This document shows positions 23,669 to 35,892 of a stretch of 64,000 bases of DNA, piece after piece. A program made the translations under genes and the position numbers. Origin of the DNA: Balanoglossus misakiensis (lineage: Eukaryota > Animalia > Hemichordata); assembly GCA_040954595.2 (NCBI GenBank), contig CM082581.2:6316699-6380698 (forward strand), written 5' to 3'. The notes beneath the pieces are model-generated. The model saw only the letters and a list, made by a program, of their open reading frames with translations. It had not been told where the DNA came from and did not search any database. How positions within the stretch are numbered: the first letter of the stretch is position 1; every line of letters begins with the position of its first letter.

Positions 23669-26600
23669 ATGGCCGACAACGTCGCACCAGTCACGTATGA
23701 TTACGTTGTTATCGGAGCGGGCAGCGCAGGTTGTGTACTTGCTAATCGTTTATCGGAAAACGACGATGTCAGCGTCCTTCTGTTGGAGGCCGGTCCGGAC
23801 GACAGCAAACCAGAAATCCACGACCCTGTGCAGATCAGGACAGCATTGATGTCTGAAATTGATTGGCAATATCAGGTGGCAATTTTTATATTTTCTTCAG
23901 TCTATCTTTCCCATCAAGTTGAAGTCAATTATGGGAATCACAGTGTTAAAAATCAGAAAAGAAACGAAACACTCTTAATGGACGCTTCATTTCAATTTGA
24001 AGCGACCGAGCAGTGCTTTTAGGGGTTATTTTGTGTGATTTAGCCTTACTTGAGAAAGTTTGAGAATATGCCCTGGGTTCTTCATATACATGTATGGGCA
24101 GACTTCACACCCACTGGTATATGCTGTTTGGATGGAAGTTATCAATACTTTTACTTGACACACAAAACTTGACTAATATACAATTGTATTACAAAACAAT
24201 TCTAAATGACGATAGTCAACTAGGGCGTATATGTGTATGCCCTCATCATGTTATCGTTCTCTAACTCAAAAGTTTGCGAGACCACAGACAGACGGTGCCC
24301 AACGTTCTAGTCACTGCATATGTCTGTCCCAGGGACGAACCAAGTCACATCTCTAAACAATCAAATCACCGTGGGCAGTTTTCAGTGGCCATTACGTCAC
24401 CTCATTCTTCCTTGACCTGTGATGCGTGCGAGAATACCCTGCTTGTAGATAGACCTTAGCCAGTTGGGTGTGTAGACTGTTAAAATGCTAAAATAAATAT
24501 AAACTTCTGAGGAAGCGAACATTCATCAGCTGGTGACAACCCTAAATAATTTCCTGAATACGGTCAATCAAAAAAGCGTTCAATTTATTTCTGTAACTGG
24601 TTTAATTTATTTTCTATTTTGCAGACGGTTCCGCAGAAACATGCATGTTTTGCTTTGAAAGACCATCGCTCTAACTGGCACAGAGGCAAGGTAGGAAAGA
24701 GGAATTTTGCCGCATATTTTAGTACTACATGCATCTCCTGGCGAGCCATTAAATTAACAGAACAGGCATCGCAAAATAGGAATATCTCTTTTCACAGAGT
24801 AAGCTACATCATGTACAAAGTTAAACATGTTGTCATTGGCCAAACTATATTTTGACAGGTTCTTGGAGGATCGAGCAGCATCAACGGTATGCAGTACGTG
24901 AGGGGCTGCAAGGAAGACTTCGATTCCTGGGCAAGGCATGGAGCAAAAGGATGGAGCTATGACGAAGTGCTGCCTTACTTTCTGAAATCAGAAAACAACA
25001 CAAAGTGAGTTCTCCGAGAATGAAAGCTCATGTGGGACATTAGCTGAATGATTTACTACAGAATTCAAAATAGCTGCAACAAACGCCAAACTAGAAACAC
25101 CATATTTCGTTGATTCCAGCGACACGTTATCTCCGAAAGTGTAACAATGTCACAATTTAGTAGACAAAGAGGCGCCCCCATCCCAATGCATAAATTATAA
25201 GGTATCCTATCGATGAAGCAATACCCAGGAAAAATAACGTGTAACAGTGGGTGAGGATAGGACCATCACTTTCTGCAGGATACATGCATATGTCGATCAC
25301 GTTGATGATGCTTTTCTGAATCCAGCGAAGGGAAGGAAAAACCTGACAATCTGGACAGAATCTCTGGCAACAAAGGTAAGAAAAGTCGCATTTTACAAAA
25401 TGTAGTTATAAAATCTCGTACCATAAACTGCATAATTATGTATTACTGTATTATTATGCTCGTAACCATATTTTAGATCGTATTCGATGACAAGAAAGCC
25501 ACCTCAGTCGAAGTCCTAAAATCCGGCAAGAGCAGCGAAGTAAAGGTGCGCAAAGAGGTCATTTTGTCAGCTGGGGCCATAGCATCTCCTCAGGTATACA
25601 CTTTATTTCTTAAAGAACTTCATTTATTTCAATCACAACATTTAGAAAAAAAATCGGTAACAGATATTACATAATTACAATGATTTAATCTCTGCCCTCT
25701 CTCCAGCTTCTGATGTTATCAGGTGTGGGACCTCGTGATCACCTTGAAGAGGTTGGAATACCAGTTTTGTGCGACCTTCCAGTGGGCGAAAACATGCAGG
25801 TAATTCAAATGAGTTGACTGAGTCAATGATTGATATAGTAACCACACCAATGCACTTTATCATATCTTGCCTGAATTTTATAACATAAGGTGACGGCTGC
25901 ATTTTGACTTTTCCAGGACCACATCATGTCATACCTGAAATATAAAGACCATGCGGGCGGTATCGAACAGGTATGTATATATCAACACTTTCTCTGATGT
26001 GTGTGGCTGCTGTCAATGACGTTCATGACTTAACCAGCTGGAACTTACTTACAGTATTGCTTACAGAACTTCTGCATACGTATATTTCAGGGTTGGTCCA
26101 CAAACGGCTGGGAAGTAAGTGGTTTCATCAAAACAGTGGTAAGTCTTAATTACCCAGTGAACAGCTATGAAATGCATTGTGGCGAGTCTATGGGGTGGGT
26201 GGAATAGCGCGCTTATACGATCAGAGGATCAATTATAGGGTACATGAGTATATAAGCTGTAGTGTTGCATCCGTGTGCAATACTTTTTACATTGCATTGC
26301 ACAGCTTGCCCAGAAATTGTAATGGATTCTTATAAGGATAGTGGTTATGTATTCTGCCATAATTGCTACAAAAGTGTATCAGTGTATGCCATTTAACAGA
26401 GTACAAGGTCAAAAAATTATTACGTACACTAGCGGCACATTTCGGTTAAAATTATCTTATGGCATGTAGCATTGCGTCATTGAGACGTGACATACTTTTT
26501 TCGAACGGGTTAAAATTGCGTATTTAATATACATAACGTATTTTGTGAGAGTGTTTGTATTATAACACGGCAGGATGAACTTCCGTGGCCGGACCTACAG

Positions 26601-27508
26601 TTATTCTACAAACCAACTTATTACTATATGGGGAGCGGAGAAAAGACAAAATATAACATCAGCGAGGAGTGAGTATTGTCCCAAAATCTCTTCTTGTAGG
26701 GATCATCGCCAAATGACCTGTGTGTCACCCGTCTTTATTTTGTTAAACTTTTTGCTGCGTTAAAAGCAGTCCAGCTTCAAAGGTGTCACCAGACTCAGCC
26801 TCATGCGTCGTCGTATATTTGTTCAAATCATCTGCTGTGACAGAACGTGACATAACAGTATTACACTAACCAAAAAAAAAATTAAATTCTATACAGTTGC
26901 GGTATATGCGAGTTGATTACTCCACGCTCTTCACAGATTCGGCGATGCTCTGGGGCACATGGAAGACGAGGCTGCAATGGATGCCGCAGAGGGCATTCTC
27001 TTCCTTCCAGGCCTGCTTCACCCAAAGAGTGTTGGTGAACTCAAACTTCGCAGCCGAAACCCGCTCGATCACCCAATGATTGATCCACACTATTTGGAAG
27101 ACCCGGAAGACGTTGAAACTATGATAAAGGTACGTGGACATGGCGGCTTGCCCCAAACCGACCTACATAGACGTGGCCAGTATACCGTTTTGGCTACCTA
27201 TCCTGGCAGGTTTTTGTCTAGGAAAATGGTGTAATGTAAACATTTAAACAGTTCTACTGTTTTTCTTGATGAGTGGATTTACGTCACAATTTCATAAGTA
27301 GATTATTCAAATTTACATGATTTCTTTCCTACTTTCCAGTGTGTCCGTTTTATTCAGACTCTGATGAATACTAATGCCATGAAAGGCCATGGGTAAGTTT
27401 CTTTAATTGACAGATTGCGTTTGTATTTTATGAGAGCTTGAGAGCTTGAGAGCTTGAGAGCTTGAGTGAGAGAGAGAGCTTGAGAGAGAGAGAGCTTGAG
27501 ACAGAGAG

Positions 27509-27548
<40 letters not shown>

Positions 27549-27574
27549 AGAGAGAGAGCTTGAGAGCTTGAGAG

Positions 27575-27624
<50 letters not shown>

Positions 27625-28216
27625 GAATTCTGACTTCTTCTCTTTCGTGTTGTAGGATAACTCCATCGTATTTCGAATTTGACAACTGCCCTCACGAAGT
27701 AGACAGCGATGCATATTGGGAACACGTCATTCGCCACCTAACATTTACGATGTGGCATTCTGTGGGAACTTGCAAAATGGGAGCACCAGATGACGCCTCT
27801 GCGGTGGTTGACCCGTGCCTCAGGTAACATTCTCATCGCGAAACGTTATATTTCATTCCACGATTATTTAACATTAATCTTCTTCTGTCCGAATAATGCT
27901 TAATATGTACCGTCTGTTATTTTTCATATCAACCCGTGAAACCTAACCAATGATGTGCACATCGAAATGCACATCACATGTGTGACCGATCCACGCGAAT
28001 TTATTAATTTTGTCGTCACCAAATAACACAGCCGTTGCATCTTTGTGATACGATTAAACATTACAGACATTTTCTTGTTGTTTCAGAGTGCGAGGACTAG
28101 ACAACGTCCGTGTGGTAGATGCTTCCATCATGCCACACCTCACATCGGGCAACACCAACGCACCAGTCATTATGATCGCTGAAAAGGCAGCAGACCTTAT
28201 CAAAGAAGCAATGTAA
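23669..28216 (+). CDS. GMC oxidoreductase 3 with internal deletion of exons 4, 5 and half of exon 6 (shortened protein or pseudogene)
   Basis: Exons 1-3 and 7-15 are intact ([18 protein letters not shown]). Only 274 nt separate the exon 3 end (25004) from a partial exon 6 (25279-25375); no exon 4/5 sequence is present. Confidence 0.82.
27432..27621. repeat. (GA)n / (GAGAGCTT)n compound repeat
   Basis: Directly visible in GMC3 intron 13. Confidence 0.95.
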
Positions 28217-28573
28217 CCGGAATCAAGAATACAACAAGGCAAACGAGTTGGCGTAGCTAAAAAAACACAGATATATGTTTATCAGTCTATCTCTGCCATT
28301 TGAATAATTATACAGTTTGTAGTCGTCAAGAATTTAATTGAAATTCGTGGTTATTTAAATAACAGTAGTGTACTAAGAAAATTAACGAAATAAGGTAAAA
28401 TAATAAACATCTCAGTTTTTTAAATGGTTACTGTATACTACATTTATTTATTTATTTAACAAGCACTCAGCTATTCAAACAGAATTCCCCAACTCAACTG
28501 ATCAAACTATTACTGACGTAAATTAGGTCACCGGGGCCAGGGTCGTTCAGCTGACCTGTCTAGGGCATTCAAC

Positions 28574-30484
28574 ATGGCCGACAGCGCGGAACCAGTCACA
28601 TACGATTACGTTGTCATCGGAGCGGGTAGCGCAGGTTGTGTACTTGCTAACCGTTTATCGGAAAACGACGATGTCAGCGTCCTTCTGCTAGAGGGTGGTC
28701 CGGACGACAGCAAACCAGAAATCCACGACCCTGTACAGTCCTTGATGCCTGATACTGTTTGGCAATACCAGGTGACAGTTTTTTTCTATGTTAATTCCTG
28801 GTCCTCGGGCGACACATACAAATGACACGTGTCAGCAGTGCCCGGATTGGCCAGTTATACATATTGTTCGAGATGTGATTTGACATGTCTGAATTTTGAT
28901 CATACCAATCCATATTGCAAACTTCATAGATCAAATATACAGTAGGGCAACGTGATCAGGAAATGGACTGCTGTGACTAAAAGACCTGTTGAGGGCGTCA
29001 TGTCCTTAGGCCTACACCCAAGAAAAATGCTTCGAACATGAACACGATCATCATACGTGAAATTTGGCAAGCTTGAATTATTTGATACATGTTTCATCAT
29101 GTACAATGTATAACCCGTGAGATAGATGAGGTTTTACCTTCAGCGCACATTCTTATCAGCATGGTGACAACCAAACCAATTTCCTGGACATAATAAGTCA
29201 GCAAATTGTTGAATTTAAATCTGGTGTTTATTTACAGTTCAGACGATCCATTTTGTATTTTGCAGACGGTTCCGCAGAAACATGCATGTTTTGCTTTGAA
29301 CGACCATAGCTCTACTTGGCACAGAGGCAAGGTAAGAAACGGGGCTTAACCACATAATTACGTTTTTTTCCGGCTCGTAGTTCATTTTATAAACAGAACA
29401 TCCTTTACAGGTTCTTGGTGGTACGAGCAGCGTAAATGGCATGGTGTATGTGCGGGGCTGCAAAGAAGACTACGATTCCTGGGCAAGGCTTGGAGCTAAA
29501 GGATGGAGCTACGACGAAGTGCTGCCGTACTTTTTGAAATCAGAAAATAACACAAAGTGAGTTCTCCAAGACTGAAAGCCCACATTTCCTATGGGACCGA
29601 AAATTAAAAAAAAAAATAATCAAAGCAATACAGAGTGAAAAAAATGGAATCCAATATTTTACTGTCACACTGTAGTGGAATTTATTTGCGGCCAACACTT
29701 TCTGTAAAGACGCATTTGCCTGTCACGTTTATATTTATTTACTTCTTTTTATTCAGAAGTAACTGGTTTGACATTTTGTTGTTGTGATTACAGTGAGGAT
29801 TATGCAGAACGTGATTACCATTCTAAAGGAGGGTACCTTACCGTCTCGGACCCATCTCATACTTGCAAAACCAGCGAGCTGTTGATGGAAGGAGGTAATT
29901 AACACACAACGCAATGTGATGAATTAACACGCATTGACTTTAGAGTTTGTTTTTCATATGTGGGAATCGTGTTTCCTGTTATTCCAACGATCATCACCGA
30001 GGTGTTTATTATGCACCTGAGCAGCGTATCCCTCTAACGTTTCACGGTTTATGAAGTGAGGAGATGAAAAGGGCTGACAATAGATCACCATTGTATTTAC
30101 GATAAAAAATTCCAATTAACATCGCGCCGTTTCTCACATTCATTCCTCGCAGCCAAAGAATTGGGATTCAAGAAAACCGACGTCAACAACTGTGTCGATC
30201 CGGTGAGCAAAATCTCACTGTATTTCCAAGACATAAGCAAACTTCTTTGACGTGTATTTTAAAGAACTGAACAGTTTTCGAATTCTGGCACCAGTGGAAC
30301 TAGAATGATTTTCTTTCCGTTTATAGTTTGGTTTCTGCTACACACAAGCGACAATGAAAGATGGGAAACGATGCAGCACAGCCGATGCTTTCCTTAACCC
30401 AGCAAAGGAAAGGAAAAATTTGACAATCTGGACTGAGACACTGGCAACTAAGGTGAGAGATGATTGTATGTATAATTCACAATA

Positions 30485-30527
<43 letters not shown>

Positions 30528-33500
30528 ATGTCTGTATGTATGTATGTATGTATGTATGTATGTATGTATGTATGTATGTATGTATGTATGTATGTATGTA
30601 CATGTATGTATGTATGTATGTATGTATGTATGTATGTATGTATGTATGTATGTATGTATGTATGTATGTATGTATGTATGTATGTATGTATGTATGTATG
30701 TATGTATGTATGTATGTATGTATGTATGTATGTATGTATGTATGTATGTATGTATGTATGTATATATGTATGTATGTGTCTGTGTACACGCCGCACACAA
30801 TCACACACGGAATAGTTTGCTGGATCATACATGTATGTTAAAAAATAATGGACAACCTGCGCCCAATCCCATAAAATTCATATTTATTAAAAAAGCATTA
30901 TGCTCGTAACCATATTTTAGATCGTGTTTGATGACAAGAAAGCCACCTCAGTCGAAGTCCTAAAATCCGGCAAGAGCGGCGAAGTAAAGGTGCGCAAAGA
31001 AGTCATTTTGTCAGCTGGGGCCATAGCATCTCCTCAGGTATACATTTTTTCTTAAAGAACTTCATTTATTTAAATCACAACATTTAGAAAAAAATCGGTA
31101 ACAGATATTACATAATTACAATTATTTAATCTCTGCCCTCTCTCCAGCTTCTGATGTTATCAGGTGTGGGACCTCGTGATCATCTCGAAGAGGTTGGAAT
31201 ACCAGTTTTGTGCGACCTACGAGTGGGAGAAAATATGCAGGTAATTCTAATGAGTTGACTGAGTCAATGATTGATACTGTAACGAGAGTAAAGCAATGTA
31301 TCAAATCTTTCCTGAATTTTACAACATAGAGTATAACGGCTGCATTTTGACTTTTCCAGGATCACATCATGACACTGGTCAAATATAAAGGCAATGCGGG
31401 CGGTATCGAACAGGTATGTACATGTATATATCAATACTTTATCTGATGTATGTGGCTGCTGTCAATGACGTTCATGACTTAACCAGCTGGAACTTACTTA
31501 CAGTATTGCTGACAGAACTTATGCATACGTATATTTCAGGGTTGGTCCACAAACGGCGTAGAAGTATGTGGATTCATCAAAACAGCGGTAAGTGGCTTCA
31601 TTAGTCACTAATTATCAAACCAGATAAACCGACGCGTTGTGGCAAGTCAAATGGCATGGTTGGAGTAATGAGCTTACGATCAGAGGATCAAGGCTTCGGA
31701 TTGTGTTATGAATATAGCTGTGGTGTTGTGTCGTCTTGTGTCCTTGAGGAAGGCACTTGACTTCTCACTGTTATAAGCTACCCAGGAGCGGTGATGGGTA
31801 CCTGGAAGGATCTCGGCAGAGGTCGTAATATGCCTCACAATAGAGTAAAAGATCAATTTACCACCGCGTATACATGAGTACGCCATGGTGATAATCACCC
31901 GCTATAGCCACGCAGTTGAACACTGTTATGTTATTAACATATGCATGCATACCCTTTTTACACGAAAGGATGCGCTCCCGTGGCCCAACCTACAGTTGTT
32001 CCACCTGCCAGTTTATTACTATATGGGGAGCGATGAAAAGAAGAAAATCAACATCAGCAAAGAGTGAGTATTGACGCACAAAACATTCTAGTTGCCATCG
32101 CCAATTACCTATACACGTGGCAATAAGCTCATTTCTCGAATGGTGCACCACATTGAGCAACAGCGAAAGTGCTTCCAATGGTATTTTCAAAGATAGACCA
32201 AAGTTCCATTTATATGCCATCAATAAGCGACTGTAGAGCGAGGTGTGTGATAGTCTGCTCGGTGTGTAAGTGGACACAGTTCGATTTTATTGTACAATTT
32301 GCACCATCCCAATTAAGTACATGTATAAAGAATCAATACTCACATTAAAACTCTCATCTTTAAAGGAGTGGTCATTGCAGTCGTCGTGTATTTTCAAGTT
32401 TTCAGCTCTATTACAGGTGGTGCATCCTATGAATTGCGAATGACTGAACGATGATTTAAAAAGGAAATGATAATTGTGTTAATGATATCCATATCAGATC
32501 CCGCTTTCTGCACAGAATATGACATGCACATTGTTCCCACAAATAATTATATACATATTTGCATGTGAGTTATTTACATCGCGCTCTTCACAGATTTGGC
32601 GATGCTTTCGGGCACATAGACGACGATGCTGCCATGGATGCCGCAGAGGGCATTCTCTTCCTTATAGGCCTGCTTCACCCAAAGAGCGTTGGTGAACTCA
32701 AACTTCGCAGTCGAAACCCGCTTGATCATCCAGTGATTGACCCACACTATTTGGAAGACCCGGAAGACGTTGAAACTATGATAAAGGTATAAACATTCAC
32801 ACAGTTCAATTTATTTCCATTATTTACTTTCAAAACATTAGTTAATTTAGAACACAATTACGCTTAGTGTCTGATTCCAATTCACCTATAATGTCTTTTC
32901 TCCTGACTAGAGTGTCCGTGTTACCCAGAAGCTGATGAACACTAATGCTATGAAGGGCCACGGGTAAGTTTCCTAATGTATGCACGCATAGGCTAACTAT
33001 ATTTTGTATTCATGAGAGAGACATTCAGAGAGAGCGAGACGGATAGACAGATATAGACACGCACAGAGAAATAAACCATAAGACTTCTTCTCTTTCGTGC
33101 TGCAGGATAACTCCGTCGTACTACAAGTTTGACAATTGCCCCCACGAGGTAGACAGCGATGCATATTGGGAACACGTCATTCGCCACCTAACATTGACGA
33201 TTTGGCATACTGTGGGAACATGCAAAATGGGAGCACCAGATGACGCCTCTGCCGTGGTTGACCCGTGCCTCAGGTAATATTCTCATCGCGAAACGTATTA
33301 TTAAATCGATGATAATTTCACAGTAATCCTCTTCCCTTGGTATAATGCTAATATCTGGTGTTATTATGTTATTTTTATATCAACCCGTGTGTCCTAACCA
33401 TTAATGTTAACATGGAAATTCCAAAATGCACATCAAATTCAAATTTAGTATTTGTGTCGTCACAGCCGTTGCACCTTTGTGATGCGATTGAACATTTCAG

Positions 33501-33651
33501 ACATCTTCTTGTTGTTTTCAGAGTCCGAGGATTGGACAACGTCCGTGTGGTAGATGCCTCCGTCATGCCACATCTGACATCGGGCAACACCAACGCACCA
33601 GTCATTATGATCGCTGAAAAGGCAGCAGACCTTATCAAAGAAAGCATGTAA
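28574..33651 (+). CDS. GMC oxidoreductase 4, 15 coding exons
   Basis: All exons present and in frame; 3-codon deletion in the exon 1 loop (DPVQSLMPD); [32 protein letters not shown]. Introns 7-9 nearly identical to GMC3. Confidence 0.92.
30485..30777. repeat. (TCTG)n-(TATG)n microsatellite
   Basis: Directly visible in GMC4 intron 6. Confidence 0.97.
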
Positions 33652-35130
33652 AGGGTAATCAAGAAAACAAGGCAACCGAGCCGGCATATCTGCAATATAA
33701 ACACTTAAATATGTTTCTTACTGGTAGTCTAACTTGAGCACAACTCCAATGAAGGATTTATCATATAAAGCTTTATTCAGTACTCTTGATTGGCTGAGAC
33801 CGAACCACGTGATGTAGGAAAAAAATTAAATGGCTGACAGAGTCTGTGGGAGGGGTAGGGGTAGGGTATATGGCCCGTTGTGAAGAGGATAAAGCCCGCT
33901 TGGGACTGTTTTTATGTTCCGCGCATCTTTTCTGCATATGAAAAATTGTCGTTCGGACGCGTTCAACCTCTCAAGGCAGCTATAGCTTTGAAGAGCGACA
34001 CTTCAGTTAGACGATAATTTACTGCAGCTGGATAGAAAACACGTAAAAGTTGTCCAAAAATATCTGATTTCCGGAGATTGAGACTTTCAATACATGCCTT
34101 GAACCTGGACGCAACTCAAACGTTCTATGCTGCAGTGTATGTATCAAATATTCGGTGCAATAAAATTAATAACACATGATGCTCGGGCAACATCATGATT
34201 TCTAGCGTGTCCTCTGGCTGGTGCTCTCTGACCATAAGATTGATGAGTTTTATGTTGGTTTAAGACATATTCATATATACATGTACATGTATATATCAAT
34301 GGAAATCCCCTCCTGTGAATCATATTTCTGTGCCATCAACATGTGTTAACACCATATGTGTCTTTGTTTTGCGTCTCGAAAGGACAGGTTTAGGAAACAG
34401 AATTATCAGTGAGAAACGGTTCCAAATGAACGGAACCCAATCCGTGTTTTCCCAGGCTTTTTCCATGAGGACAAATGAAGCAGACAAGAAAGAAAAATGT
34501 TACGTGTCAGGAATTGAAAACTGCAGCTAAGCTTAGTCAGCAACTCCTCGGATCACAGAGAGCTATTTGTGTGTGACGAACCACACTATTGGTAAACCTT
34601 GCCCTCCCCTTGAGGCAAAGCTTGTTGTCTATACATTTGCGGTGCAGCTGCACAAACACTCTTGTGTCACACCTGTCTGACGTTGTTTTTCGAAAACTGT
34701 CTAACCCGGCCACCCCCTTATCAAAAGGCCTGCCCTTTCCTTTTCATCTGCGGATCATTTGTAGGTCAGCCGCCGAGGGTTATCGATCGGTTAGTGGCGC
34801 TGCATGCAATGTTTCGGTAATTGTACTTCATGCGAGGCGACTTACCGACCTGCTTGTTACCAGTACGGTCATTCATGACGGCACGTGTACTTCATAATCA
34901 TAATGTAAGAAATATACGTTCTACTGCGTTGCAGGATTCATTAACCTATACACACGGTTGAAAATTCTTTCACTCATTAAATAACTGAGAAAATATCGAC
35001 TGTATTGCGTTGATGTTGCCTGATGGGGCATAGAACTGGCGCGTGTGTGGGGGACATTTGCTGGGTTCACATCTAGGTCCATGGCCAGGCAAAACTAACC
35101 CAAATGATTGTGAACAGATAAGCTAATCAT

Positions 35131-35482
35131 TAGTCTCCGTTCACATTGTGTGAGGCACAGTCCTGGCCAAGGTCGTCTCGCCAACCTTTGACCATATGAT
35201 GCAGAACCATGTTCGTCCTCTTCTGGTTTTTATGCGATTTTCACCATTGTCAACTGATAGGCTACACTACTATGCCAACTAAGACCAGAGTCGGACCAAA
35301 CGTGTCCACACACACCAGGCTGAGACCAAGGTCGGCCACAGACAACCCCTTTCGACTTTGACACAAAATTGGCCGACTAGACCCTTTTACGCCTGTTTTT
35401 TTTTTTTTTTTTTTTTTTTTGCTTGGCTACGTACCTGGCTAGGACAAGGGCCTGGCCTTTTTGAGCAATGGGAATGGCCTAA
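35131..35482. mobile_element. Degenerate MITE-like element with imperfect inverted ends and internal poly-T
   Basis: Left TAGTCTCCGTTCACATTG..GTCCTGGCCAAGG versus reverse complement of right end TTAGGCCATTCCCATTG..GTCCTAGCCAGG; the match is imperfect. Confidence 0.35.
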
Positions 35483-35892
35483 TTGAGGCGACGCAAGAAT
35501 TGGAAGTTACGTGGCACGTGGCTGACTTACGGGTTGTGTGTCAAATCATGTAGACGTGAATTAATACTGTACGAACTTTGGGAACTTTTGTTCATTTTAG
35601 TTGACCTAGGATGCGAAGAAAACCATGAAGAAAACCATGCATTCTAAGTCCACTCGGTGGAATGTGTTGATCGCCAGATCAAGACGCTAATGGGAATTCT
35701 ATTCAAATAAAATTTATTTATTGGTCTGCTTATCTTCATTTAAAGAGTCTAGACGTCCTTGTGTGATAAGATATAGCCGTATGACATCAAGGAGCACTTG
35801 CCAACCATACCTTCAACAAAATGGTATAATCCGTACCTTGCTACCAATATTTGCCTTATCTGTATCACCAGATGTCGAGACTGTCATTCGAC

